Source of the DNA: Candidatus Babelota bacterium
GTDB lineage: Bacteria; Babelota; Babeliae; Babelales; GCA-2401785
Direction: 5' to 3'
Length of the DNA stretch: 38,807 bases
Assembly: GCA_042576345.1 (NCBI GenBank)
Contig: JBHPCE010000002.1
Span: forward strand, 1-38,807
The position numbers were made by a program, and so were the translations under genes. The notes under the pieces were generated by a model. That model was not told the origin of the DNA. It did no database searches and saw only the letters and a program-made list of their open reading frames with translations. Of the stretch, positions 14,852 through 24,276 are shown piece after piece. Positions within the stretch are counted from its first letter, which is position 1; each line of letters opens with the position of its first letter.

Positions 14852-16150
14852 TTGAAAAAAATAGCTTTACTCTCAACAATCATATTTTCAATTGCGGCAA
14901 TTATTGTCGTTTTTCTGCCAAAAACATCGTCAAACATTCCATTTTTCGGTAAAAAAGAGCACAAAAATTTGTCGATTATTCTTGTACATGGAACATTTTC
15001 AAAAAATGAGCCGTGGTTCAAGCCTAGTGGTGAATTCCATAAACAATTAAAAAAATCTTTTGAGAAAATCAAAACAAGCATCATTCCATTCGCCTGGAGC
15101 GGAGAATTAACCTGTTACGCGCGCCTGGAAGGAGCATTCAATCTTGCATTAAAAATATTGGAAATTTCTAAAAAAAGCAGAATTATCACCATCGGCCACA
15201 GTCATGGCGCAAACGTTATAAACTTTGCAAGCACTTTGATCGACCTTGCAAAAAACGACAAAAAACAAGAATTAAGTGAGCGATTGGACGAAATAGTCAA
15301 CAAGTTGAGGCACCTTGCTTTTGACGAACACATGACTGGAGTTGGTGTTCTTTCCGCCGCCCACGCAAACACTCAATCTAAAGACGAAATGGCAAAAACA
15401 CTGCGTAGCGGGCAAAACATCGCTAGAAAGGCCCAAGCCGTGCTAAACATGCTCAAAATCAAACAGTTAGACAACTCCATAAAAAGCTTTTGTGGATCAT
15501 TGGAAAAATTTGCTGGACTTCTAGAAATGTGCGGTTCCGAAGAGGAAGATCCAACTTACAGAGATGGTGAAGGCTTGAAAAATTTGTTATCAAACTACGT
15601 TCAAAAAATAAGGGAAATAATCAAAACAACTCCAGAAGTAAATCTTGAACAGCCAATTATTGAATCTAGTTACCTAATGGCCTGCCCGGTAGATGAAATT
15701 GCCTATTGCCCTTCAAAACGCGTTATTAAGCACACATACAGCTTGTATTCACACGGAGACATGGTTCAAAGGCTTATGGGAGCATACAAAAGACAGTTCC
15801 CGCAAACACTAGCTCACGTAACAAACGTGGCAGTATACGTAAGGCAACACCCCAAAGAAGATCAAATTGAACATCTTGGCCACGGCGACTTTAAAAAACC
15901 TTTTATCGGAAAATGGATTACCAAATCAACTCAAAAACTCGCACAACTATCTGAAAGCAAAGATTTGAACATGGAATTTTATAAAAACTTTCAAGAACCA
16001 CAAGCCATATCGGACGAACAAATTTTCAAGCAATACAAGCCAAAACGAACCCTTGTGGCTTTGGCTAAAAACAGCGAAAACCCCACATCAGACAAATTCG
16101 AAAATAGAACTCCAAAGAGCGTTTTAGAGTGGCTTAAAAAGCTCGTCTAA
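14852..16150 (+). CDS. Secreted/membrane-anchored alpha/beta-fold hydrolase (lipase/esterase-like)
   Basis: TTG start. Hydrophobic N-terminus. ILVHGTF (oxyanion-type HG) and the nucleophile elbow ITIGHSHGANV (GxSxG). About 250 aa follow with no recognisable motif. Confidence 0.7.
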   Translation: MKKIALLSTIIFSIAAIIVVFLPKTSSNIPFFGKKEHKNLSIILVHGTFSKNEPWFKPSGEFHKQLKKSFEKIKTSIIPFAWSGELTCYARLEGAFNLALKILEISKKSRIITIGHSHGANVINFASTLIDLAKNDKKQELSERLDEIVNKLRHLAFDEHMTGVGVLSAAHANTQSKDEMAKTLRSGQNIARKAQAVLNMLKIKQLDNSIKSFCGSLEKFAGLLEMCGSEEEDPTYRDGEGLKNLLSNYVQKIREIIKTTPEVNLEQPIIESSYLMACPVDEIAYCPSKRVIKHTYSLYSHGDMVQRLMGAYKRQFPQTLAHVTNVAVYVRQHPKEDQIEHLGHGDFKKPFIGKWITKSTQKLAQLSESKDLNMEFYKNFQEPQAISDEQIFKQYKPKRTLVALAKNSENPTSDKFENRTPKSVLEWLKKLV

Positions 16151-16639
16151 AAGTCCGTTGACGATTCTATAAGAATCTTGCTCACCAAAAGCTTTTGCAA
16201 GCTCTACAGCCTCGTTAATAACCACAGAAGGCGCCGTCTCCGTATTCAAACGCTCCCACAAAGCCATCCTTAAAATCAACCGAACGCTGCAGCTTAATCT
16301 GTCGATGTTCCAATGCTCCAATTTTGGGGCAATAAGCTTGTCCAGTTCATCTCGCTTTTCTATAGCTCCGCGAGCCAAAATAACACAAAAATCGTCATCT
16401 TTAACTTGCAAATCAAACCCGAAACGGTAATTTTCCACAATCTCTTCGAGTTCAACTTCATAGCCAAAAGCGTGCATTGCGTAGGCAAAATGAAAAGCCA
16501 ACGAGCGATGTGCCCTCTGAGAATCCGGACTAATCGGCTCATCCCAGTTAACTATTGGATCTTCAACAATCTCTTCGTACTGAAGCTCAGCTACGACATT
16601 TTCTTTACTATTTTCGTTATCGTTCTTCATTCCAAACAC
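16124..16639 (-). CDS. nusB: Transcription antitermination factor NusB
   Basis: RAHRSLAFHFAYAM, LILRMALWE, INEAVELAKAFG...S.RIVNGLLD. GTG start at 16639; an alternative ATG lies at 16630. Confidence 0.88.
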   Translation of the reverse strand: MFGMKNDNENSKENVVAELQYEEIVEDPIVNWDEPISPDSQRAHRSLAFHFAYAMHAFGYEVELEEIVENYRFGFDLQVKDDDFCVILARGAIEKRDELDKLIAPKLEHWNIDRLSCSVRLILRMALWERLNTETAPSVVINEAVELAKAFGEQDSYRIVNGLLDELFKPL

Positions 16640-16659
16640 CGAAATCCACTAATTTCAAA

Positions 16660-17217
16660 CTACGCACGTTCAATGTACGAATTATCCCGAGTATCAACCT
16701 TAACTTTGTCACCTTCATTTATGAAAAGTGGCACCTGAACAACCAAACCAGTTTCCAGTGTGGCAGGCTTAGATCCACCCTGCGCGGTGTCACCTTTAAC
16801 ACCAGGAACCGTGTCGGTAACATCAAGTACCATGAAAAGTGGTGGCTCAACCGCAATCGGCTTGCCTTCAAACAATAGAAGCTCGTAAATCTCACCCTCT
16901 TTTATGTAGTTCATCGTCTTGCCAAGCTGACTTTTAGAAAAAGCCTCTTGCTCAAAAGTTTCTTGATCCATGAAGTGATACAAATCATCAGCATACAAAA
17001 ATTGCATATTGTGCGATGTCAAATCTGGCGCAGGAAGCTTTTCTCCGGAACGAAATGTAACTTCTTGAACGGCTCCGTCCTGCAGATTCCTTAGTTTTGT
17101 TCTTATGTAAGCACCACCTTTGCCGGGTTTTACTGAGGTAAACTCAATCACAACCCATGGAGCTCCCTTGTATAAAATTTTTGTAGATCCACGCTTAAAA
17201 TCTGAAGTCGATATCAC
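16660..17217 (-). CDS. efp: Elongation factor P
   Basis: MISTSDFKRG..., VKPGKGGAYIRTKLRNL (Lys-type loop). The ORF opens at 17256, but AGGAG lies 8 nt before GTG 17217, which gives the canonical N-terminus. Confidence 0.93.
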   Translation of the reverse strand: MISTSDFKRGSTKILYKGAPWVVIEFTSVKPGKGGAYIRTKLRNLQDGAVQEVTFRSGEKLPAPDLTSHNMQFLYADDLYHFMDQETFEQEAFSKSQLGKTMNYIKEGEIYELLLFEGKPIAVEPPLFMVLDVTDTVPGVKGDTAQGGSKPATLETGLVVQVPLFINEGDKVKVDTRDNSYIERA

Positions 17218-17308
17218 TCGCAACACTCCTGAAAACAAAAAACGCCTAAACAACACACTTTTTAAAGATAAACCAATTAAACCAAAATGGCAATTTTCAT
17301 TTATTCAT

Positions 17309-17881
17309 CTATAAATTTTCCTTGCCTTTTTCCCAAGCGCAGGAAAAAGAGCCTTCTGCAAAAATGTCTTCAACTTTCTTTCTAACAGATCTTAATTTAT
17401 CTGAAATTTCTTTTTTGCACCTGCCAACCGCAATCATCACTGGAATGTCAAAATATTCTGGAACTTCCAACTTTTGCCTTGTGCTACTTCTATCAAATCC
17501 ACCTATCGTACAGGTTGCAAGCCCAAATTCTGAAGCCTGAAGAGCCAAATTCTGGCAAGCTGCACCGCAGTCAAACCAATGGTGCGTGGCTTCTCTGTAT
17601 TTGTGATCAAGATATTTTTTGGCAAGAACAACCATCAAAACCGAGGCCCTTTCTGCCCACTTTCTGTTGCCCTCCTCCAAAAAATTTAAGAAATCTTTCC
17701 AATTTTCCGTACCAGGTAGCGCATATAAAACTCGCCAAGGTTGGTCATTGTAGGAAGATGGAGCCCATCTAAATGCCTCAAAAATGGTTTGTAGCTCATC
17801 CTGTGTTATCCTTTCTCCAGACATCAACCTCACTGATCGACGTTTCAAAAAAATATCTCCTGCAGCAAACTCTTTTGTCAT
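17309..17881 (-). CDS. Nitroreductase-family oxidoreductase
   Basis: RRSVRLM...PSSYNDQPWR..., and the size fits the family. Confidence 0.8.
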   Translation of the reverse strand: MTKEFAAGDIFLKRRSVRLMSGERITQDELQTIFEAFRWAPSSYNDQPWRVLYALPGTENWKDFLNFLEEGNRKWAERASVLMVVLAKKYLDHKYREATHHWFDCGAACQNLALQASEFGLATCTIGGFDRSSTRQKLEVPEYFDIPVMIAVGRCKKEISDKLRSVRKKVEDIFAEGSFSCAWEKGKENL

Positions 17882-17890
17882 AAATTCCTT

Positions 17891-19114
17891 TCAATCTTTA
17901 ACCGGAAACTTTTTACACAAATCCAAAACCTCGCCTCTCATTTTAACCAAAAACTGAGCATTTTTTCTCTGAGCTATGGATTTGCAAACCATTTCGGCCA
18001 CAATTTTTGACTCTGAAATTCCAAAACCTCGCGTCGTTATTGCTGGTGTACCAATTCTGATACCACTTGGTGCAAGTGGTTTTGATGTATCAAATGGAAT
18101 CATATTTCTGTTTAAGGTTATTCCTATCCCCTCTAGTAAAACTTCCACAGATTTACCGTCCAAATCTGGATATTTACTTTTGATATCGACCAAAAAAAGG
18201 TGATTATCTGTTCCATTTGAGACAATTCTGTAGCCATTTTCCTTAAAAACTGAAGCCATAGCAGCCGCATTCTCCACAACACTTTTTTGGTAATCAGAAA
18301 AACTTGGATCTAAAGTTTCCTCAAAAGCAACTGCCCTTGCCGCAATCAAATGAACTAAAGGACCACCCTGAATCCCGGGCATAACAGCTTTGTCTATGGC
18401 GGCAGAATGCTCTTCTTTGCACAAAATCATACCGCCCCTTGGACCACGCAAAGTTTTGTGCGTTGTGCTTGTCACAAAATCTGCATGCGGCACAGGACTG
18501 GGATGCACGCCCACGGCGACAAGACCAGCTATATGAGCCATGTCTGCCATGTGTAAAACTCCATACTTTTTTGTAAGTTTTCCTAGGCGCTCGAAATCTA
18601 TCTTTCTTGGATACGCAGATGCACCAGACACCAAAAGCTTTGGTTTGTGTTTTTTTATCATCACCTCAACTTGGTCATAATCCAGTCTCTCTGTCTTTGG
18701 ATCCACGCCGTAGGAAACAAAATTGAAAAATTTTCCGGAAATATTCAGCCTAAAACCGTGTGTCAAATGCCCTCCGCAGTCAAGCGACATCCCCAAAACC
18801 GTGTCTCCAGGCTCCAAACAACTCATGTAAACCGCTAAATTTGCATTTGAACCCGAATGAGGCTGAACATTTGCATGCCCGGCCCCAAATATTTCTTTTG
18901 CCAACTCAACCGCATATTTTTCTACCTCGTCAACATGGATGCACCCAGCATAATATCGCCTCCCCGGATAACCCTCTGCATATTTATCTGTAAAAACAGA
19001 CGCTGCGGCACTCCGAACATTTTTACTGGAATAATTCTCCGAAGCTATCAAATTAATTGTTCCACTTTGCCTCTCACTCTCGGCTTGTATAATTTTAAAA
19101 ACTTTGTTATTCAT
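17891..19114 (-). CDS. glyA: Serine hydroxymethyltransferase
   Basis: LIASENY, YAEGYPGRRYY.G, TTHKTLRGPRGG (PLP Lys). The ORF extends to TTG 19144. ATG 19114 gives the usual N-terminus (MNNKVFKIIQAESERQ). Confidence 0.93.
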   Translation of the reverse strand: MNNKVFKIIQAESERQSGTINLIASENYSSKNVRSAAASVFTDKYAEGYPGRRYYAGCIHVDEVEKYAVELAKEIFGAGHANVQPHSGSNANLAVYMSCLEPGDTVLGMSLDCGGHLTHGFRLNISGKFFNFVSYGVDPKTERLDYDQVEVMIKKHKPKLLVSGASAYPRKIDFERLGKLTKKYGVLHMADMAHIAGLVAVGVHPSPVPHADFVTSTTHKTLRGPRGGMILCKEEHSAAIDKAVMPGIQGGPLVHLIAARAVAFEETLDPSFSDYQKSVVENAAAMASVFKENGYRIVSNGTDNHLFLVDIKSKYPDLDGKSVEVLLEGIGITLNRNMIPFDTSKPLAPSGIRIGTPAITTRGFGISESKIVAEMVCKSIAQRKNAQFLVKMRGEVLDLCKKFPVKD

Positions 19115-19399
19115 ACTCGGGTCGCCTGATAAAAATGAATACAAACTGGCATTCGAATTAGTTACATGGATGATAACAACACATACAAAAATGCAAAGTG
19201 CAGTATAATTAGGCTAAAAACTCATTTGACGATTTTCCTAATGTGTGGTTTAAATAGAAAAACTGTGTTGAGTTTAATTGAAAAAATAGCCCGCGGCTAT
19301 GAAATGCATAACGTTAGGGGGGTGAACAGTAAAAAATAATTTTTTTGAATTAGTTGTAAATGACTGAAACTCAAAAACTTAAATATTGGAGACAATAAA

Positions 19400-19798
19400 A
19401 TGAACAAAAACATACTGAAAAAACTAGCCTTGGTAACTTTGTTGGCAGCATTTTCAAACAATGCGTTTTGTGGCAGCATTAAAGATATTCTGGCCTCAAC
19501 CTGGAATGGCACAAAAACGGCCAATAAACACATTACGTCTGGAAAAGGCGCTGCAATTTTTGGCCCAGTGGCACTTGTAGTTCTTTTGGCTGACGCTGCA
19601 ATCCAATACAAACAAATAGAAGACGAAGAAATGACTTTTGGTCAGTTCCTCAAAGAATACGCGAAAGACATGATGTTCATGAAATCTCGTGAAGGCAAAT
19701 TAAATAAGCTTTCAAAGGGTGTGACAAGACTTGCTGTTCTTGCAGGACTGTACTCAGTAATTGGCTGGCCTATAAATAAATGTCTACTAAACAATTAA
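19400..19798 (+). CDS. Small signal-peptide protein with two hydrophobic segments, unknown function
   Basis: GGAG SD. MNKNILKKLALVTLLAAFSNNAFC signal. AAIFGPVALVVLLADAAI ... VTRLAVLAGLYSVIGW. Confidence 0.65.
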   Translation: MNKNILKKLALVTLLAAFSNNAFCGSIKDILASTWNGTKTANKHITSGKGAAIFGPVALVVLLADAAIQYKQIEDEEMTFGQFLKEYAKDMMFMKSREGKLNKLSKGVTRLAVLAGLYSVIGWPINKCLLNN

Positions 19799-19814
19799 AA
19801 TTAGATACAAATGG

Positions 19815-19836
19815 GCGCCTGAACTTTTTCAGGCGC
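19815..19836. terminator. Hairpin shared by convergent genes (bidirectional terminator candidate)
   Basis: GCGCCTGAA (19815-19823), loop CTTT, TTCAGGCGC (19828-19836). The 3' arm contains the TGA stop of the minus-strand glycosyltransferase. Confidence 0.55.
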
Positions 19837-21013
19837 TCTGAATTAAATTTTCGTAAATTTCTTCTAACATTTTAACCTGTTTTTCCAAACCAAACTTTCC
19901 GCAGCAAAAAATTTTAGCCTCAAGTCCCATTTTTAATCTCAAACGCTCTGACATACATATTTTTGCTAACTTTTCTACCCAAGACTCAATATCGTCCGGA
20001 GTAACCAAAAATCCTGTTTTACCATCAATTACAAGCTCGTCTAACGGAGGCAAGTTGGACGCAACCACTGGAACCCCCATACATCCTGCCTCTATCACAG
20101 GGCGCGCAAAGTGTCCAACTGTAGCAGGAAAAACAAGGCATGTACTTTGGGACATCTCTTCTGGAACATTTTTAATTGGACCCAAAAATTCGACTGATTT
20201 TTTAACTGGCAACACAAGTTTTTCTAACGTTTCCTTAAATTTCTCCGACGGAGAGCTTAAAAAAAAGTTACATTTTTCTTCAACTCCCCAATACCCCGCA
20301 ACCTTCAATATTGCTTCTGGAAGCTTTAAAAGGAGTTTTTCGAAAACCCTTAAAATTATATGTGTGCCTTTTTCTTTAGAAAGCCCACCAAGAAAAAGAA
20401 TTGTCGGCGTTTCCGTTTTTTTACGCATTTTTGAATCAAACTTTTTCAAATCCACTGCGTTGTACAAAACCTTTGTTTTAGAAAGGTCTTTCCAGGGAAG
20501 TGCATCATTCTTGCAGATGGGTAAAATGATATCAGAATACTTTCCAACTACTTTTTTAACCAACCATCGTCTAAAGCCAAAATACCCTTTAGATAAGGGC
20601 TCCCTGACATGCCAAACAACCGGAATTCTCATTTTTTTTGCAACGACTCCCCAAACCAGCAATGTGCTCGTATTTAAATGAATTATGTCTGGCTTCACTT
20701 TTTTGATCCAATTTTTCGCATCCCAAAACCAAAGGAAAAATGAATCCCAAAGTGCTCGTAAAATATGGTGAATGTGATACCACCTGTACCACCAGATTTT
20801 GGTGTGTGAAAAATCATAGCGTCCGACAGGACCTAAAACTTTCACTCCACGGTCTTTGAAAAGGTCAACTGCATCGGAGTTGTGCAGAAAAAGTACCACT
20901 GGATCATATTTTTTTTTATCCAGGCCACAGGCCATCTGAAGCAAGCTTATTGGAGCACCTCCAATACCTTTTCCATGATGAACATAAAGTATTTTTTTAC
21001 GGCTTTCAGCCAT
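19829..21013 (-). CDS. Glycosyltransferase, GT4 family
   Basis: KILYVHHGKGIGGAP N-terminus. C-terminal E..G.PVVASN...E.V..G.TGFLV motif. ATG 21013 overlaps the asnB stop (ATGGCTGA). The ORF extends to TTG 21031. Confidence 0.85.
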   Translation of the reverse strand: MAESRKKILYVHHGKGIGGAPISLLQMACGLDKKKYDPVVLFLHNSDAVDLFKDRGVKVLGPVGRYDFSHTKIWWYRWYHIHHILRALWDSFFLWFWDAKNWIKKVKPDIIHLNTSTLLVWGVVAKKMRIPVVWHVREPLSKGYFGFRRWLVKKVVGKYSDIILPICKNDALPWKDLSKTKVLYNAVDLKKFDSKMRKKTETPTILFLGGLSKEKGTHIILRVFEKLLLKLPEAILKVAGYWGVEEKCNFFLSSPSEKFKETLEKLVLPVKKSVEFLGPIKNVPEEMSQSTCLVFPATVGHFARPVIEAGCMGVPVVASNLPPLDELVIDGKTGFLVTPDDIESWVEKLAKICMSERLRLKMGLEAKIFCCGKFGLEKQVKMLEEIYENLIQSA

Positions 21014-22847
21014 CAGGAAACTCCACACCAAACATATCTGCCCAGGCCTTCAAAACAATCAAAGACCAAACTTTTAAATAGCAACGCGGATTTGCATAAA
21101 ATTGCTCTATTTCTTCACTTATATTCTCACGCCTTAAGGCCGAAAAGTTAAGTGCTTCAAGGTTTTGTATTTCGCTTTTAAACTCATCTTTAAGCCATAA
21201 TCCAACAGGCATTTCAAAACCACGCTTTGGAAGGCCTAAAACCTCTCTAGACAAGATGTCCTGCATGGCTTCCACAAATATTTTTTTTGGACTTTGTTTT
21301 GGCTGCAATTTAAATTTACCTGGAATTTTGATAACCCTTCGCATAAGCTCCTTGTCCAAAAACGGCACTCTTACCTCCAAAGTATGCGCCATGCTCACAG
21401 AATCTGTATCTCTTAAAAGCATAGGCGCCGTATAAAATTCAAACTCAGCCTTGGAAAAACAGTTGAGTTCGTCATCAAAGCTTCCAAAAATTCTTTCAAA
21501 GTCACAGTTCTCTTCAAAATCAATTTCTCTGATAGAACGATAGCCAAGATAAATATCCCTAAAACCACCTGAAAATCTTGCAAATGAAGTTCCCAGTCTT
21601 TGAAGCAAACTTTTTCCAAGAGGCAACTTTCCTGCGATGCGCAAAAACTTAATCAAAAGTTTGCCATACAATTTTCTTGACCAATTAATCATTCTGGGAA
21701 GTTCTCGCATATATCGATAACCAAAAAAAAGCTCATCTGCACCAAGCCCTGAAAGTGCAACTTTAACGTAATCTGATGCAATTTTAGATACAAAAAATGT
21801 GTTGAGACCATCGCCGCTTGGTTGATCTATGGCCCGGATAAAATCCTCAAAATTTTTGCGCAAATCTTTTGCCTTCAATCGAACGCTATGATGTTCTGCC
21901 CCAACTTTATTTGAGACTATTTTTGCAACTTTAGACTCATCCAAATAACTCCCACACTCATCAAAACCTATGCTGAAGGTGTGAAATTTATCGATATATC
22001 TGCTCTTTGCCATTGCACCTGCCAGTGCTGAAGAATCTATTCCACCACTCAAAAAGAGACCAACGGGGACATCTGAACGCAGGTGAACGTCGACTGAATC
22101 CAAAAACGTTTCTCTAACACCAAAAACAGACTCTTTGTAATCGAGGTTTTTATCCACAGATATCTCGCTTAAATCGTACCATCTACTTATGGAAACGCCC
22201 TGCTCCACAGAAAAAGTTAAAGAATGGCCTGCTGGAAGCGAAAAAACATTTTTAATAATCGTTCTTGGTGGATGAACGCAATAAAAACGTAGGTATTCCT
22301 TGAGGGCCTTTTCACAAATCACCTTTTCGACAAGGCCAGATGCCAAAATGGCCTTTATTTCGGAAGAAAAAATCAAATTTTTTGAGTCTATCTCATTCTT
22401 CCACCAGTAAAGTGGTTTGATTCCCATATGATCTCTGGCACAGAAAAATTCTCTTTTTTCTGTATCCCACACGGCAAACGCAAACATTCCTCTGAGACGC
22501 GTCAAACAATCTTTACCCCACCTCTTGAATGATTCCAAGAGAACACGTGTGTCACCAAATTCACCTTTTAATCCAAATTCTTTTGCAAGCTCGATGTAGT
22601 TGTAAATTTCCCCATTAAAAGTGATTAAAAAGCGACCATCGCTGCTCTCCATAGGCTGTGATGCATCCTGTGATAAATCTATTATCGAAAGTCGCCTATG
22701 TCCTAAAAAGCAACCTCCAGAATTATCTTGGAAAACTCCACTTCCATCTTTCCCTCGGTGTTCAATCGCATCGAGCATCTTATGCAAAACTTCAACACCA
22801 ATATTTTGGTCAAAAGGCTCTTTAATTATGCCGGCAATACCGCACAC
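21006..22847 (-). CDS. asnB: Asparagine synthase (glutamine-hydrolysing)-like amidotransferase
   Basis: MCGIAGI N-terminal nucleophile Cys. FNGEIYNY. SGGIDSS PP-loop. Confidence 0.9.
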   Translation of the reverse strand: MCGIAGIIKEPFDQNIGVEVLHKMLDAIEHRGKDGSGVFQDNSGGCFLGHRRLSIIDLSQDASQPMESSDGRFLITFNGEIYNYIELAKEFGLKGEFGDTRVLLESFKRWGKDCLTRLRGMFAFAVWDTEKREFFCARDHMGIKPLYWWKNEIDSKNLIFSSEIKAILASGLVEKVICEKALKEYLRFYCVHPPRTIIKNVFSLPAGHSLTFSVEQGVSISRWYDLSEISVDKNLDYKESVFGVRETFLDSVDVHLRSDVPVGLFLSGGIDSSALAGAMAKSRYIDKFHTFSIGFDECGSYLDESKVAKIVSNKVGAEHHSVRLKAKDLRKNFEDFIRAIDQPSGDGLNTFFVSKIASDYVKVALSGLGADELFFGYRYMRELPRMINWSRKLYGKLLIKFLRIAGKLPLGKSLLQRLGTSFARFSGGFRDIYLGYRSIREIDFEENCDFERIFGSFDDELNCFSKAEFEFYTAPMLLRDTDSVSMAHTLEVRVPFLDKELMRRVIKIPGKFKLQPKQSPKKIFVEAMQDILSREVLGLPKRGFEMPVGLWLKDEFKSEIQNLEALNFSALRRENISEEIEQFYANPRCYLKVWSLIVLKAWADMFGVEFPDG

Positions 22848-22856
22848 AACACATCT

Positions 22857-24257
22857 CTACAACTCAAACCGTCCTTCAGACGCACGCGGAATCCCTGCAA
22901 TCCTGCCACCAGCCCTACTTTTTACAAAAAGATTTCTGCCTATGCAAAAATACGTTATTCCATTGGCAATCATATCTCTTGGATCAAAACAATTTCTTCC
23001 GTCAAAAATTGTCCTGTCGGAAAGAAGTGCAAAGTCTACCGGCTTAAACAGTAAAAACTCTTCCCATTCGGTTAAAATCGCCAAAAAATCACTTTTTTCG
23101 AGAACTTCCCTTGGCGTTTGTGCATACTCAATTCCAAGATCTTTTGGAAAAACTTTACATGGATTTGCATGAGGATCATACGCACAGATCTTTACGCCCA
23201 TTTCTAAAAGTCCTGATATCACACTTATCGAAGGTGCGTCTCTCATATCATCTGTGTTTGGTTTGAACGCAAGCCCCCAAACGCCTGCAACTTTTCCCTT
23301 GATCTCATTGCCAAAATATTTAACAATTCGTTCCACAAATCTCTTCTGTTGTTCAACGTTGACATTGTGTGCAGCCTCCGAAATTTTCATGGTCTCACCG
23401 TTAGCCTTGCCCATGGAAACCATTGCGCAAACGTCTTTGGGCAAACAACTTCCTCCGTACCCGATGCCAGCTCTCAAAAATCCTTCTCCTATGCGCTTGT
23501 CGCTTCCAACGCCACGGCTAACGTGACTCATGTCCGCACCAACTTTGTCGGCAAAGCAGGCAATTTCGTTAATAAAACTCAAGCGAGTTGCCAACATTGC
23601 ATTTGCTGCATACTTTGTCAGTTCCGCAGATTCAAAATCCATTACAAGAAACTTGGCACTATCATCCAAAAAACCTCTGTAAAGATTTAAAAGAATATCT
23701 TCTGCCCGCTTGGAATAAACTCCACAAACAACCCGATCTGGGCGGTTAAAATCTGAAACGGCGCTTCCCTCACGTAAAAATTCGGGATTAAACGCAACAT
23801 CAATATTAAAATTAACTCCCCTTTTTTCTGCCAATCTCCTGAGAATCTCTAAGGTTTTTCTGGTAACACCAACAGGAACGGTGGATTTATGAACAAAAAC
23901 ACAGTCACTTGAAACAGAATATCCAACCTCGTCTACCACCTTCCAAACACTGGAAAGGTCAACTGATCCATCTGGAAAAGACGGAGTACCAACACACGAA
24001 AACACAACATCTGGATTTTCCAACATCAAAGATTTTATCGAATCGGAAATGAAAAGTTTTCCGCTGGACAAAACATTTCTTAATACAACCGCAAGACCGG
24101 GTTCAAAAAAAGGAGTCTCTCCACTCTTGATAATGTCTCGTTTTTCACAATCAGCTTCTACCAAAAGGACTTCATAGCCCTTCTTTGCAAAACACACCGC
24201 TGTGACAAGCCCCACATAACCCGCTCCAATAATGCCCAATCTTCGCTTATTTTCCAC
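22857..24257 (-). CDS. ugd: UDP-glucose 6-dehydrogenase (nucleotide-sugar dehydrogenase family)
   Basis: LGIIGAGYVGLVTAVCFA, NPEFLREGSA, GGSCLPKD (catalytic Cys). AGGAGG lies 5-6 nt before GTG 24257. The ORF extends to 24311. Confidence 0.9.
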   Translation of the reverse strand: MENKRRLGIIGAGYVGLVTAVCFAKKGYEVLLVEADCEKRDIIKSGETPFFEPGLAVVLRNVLSSGKLFISDSIKSLMLENPDVVFSCVGTPSFPDGSVDLSSVWKVVDEVGYSVSSDCVFVHKSTVPVGVTRKTLEILRRLAEKRGVNFNIDVAFNPEFLREGSAVSDFNRPDRVVCGVYSKRAEDILLNLYRGFLDDSAKFLVMDFESAELTKYAANAMLATRLSFINEIACFADKVGADMSHVSRGVGSDKRIGEGFLRAGIGYGGSCLPKDVCAMVSMGKANGETMKISEAAHNVNVEQQKRFVERIVKYFGNEIKGKVAGVWGLAFKPNTDDMRDAPSISVISGLLEMGVKICAYDPHANPCKVFPKDLGIEYAQTPREVLEKSDFLAILTEWEEFLLFKPVDFALLSDRTIFDGRNCFDPRDMIANGITYFCIGRNLFVKSRAGGRIAGIPRASEGRFEL

Positions 24258-24276
24258 AGCTCCCTCCTTTCTCGAT

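Noticed and set aside
20055-20681. A 208-aa + strand ORF. Similar long antisense ORFs occur at 1918-2412, 8661-9062, 11202-11630, 12257-12667, 16313-16738, 22621-23172 and 27658-28065.
   Set aside because: Each lies fully antisense to a gene with clear family motifs or a signal peptide. Their products are Ser/Phe/Leu/Pro-rich, as expected for the reverse complement of Lys/Glu-rich coding sequence, with no RBS or motifs. I treat them as shadow ORFs.
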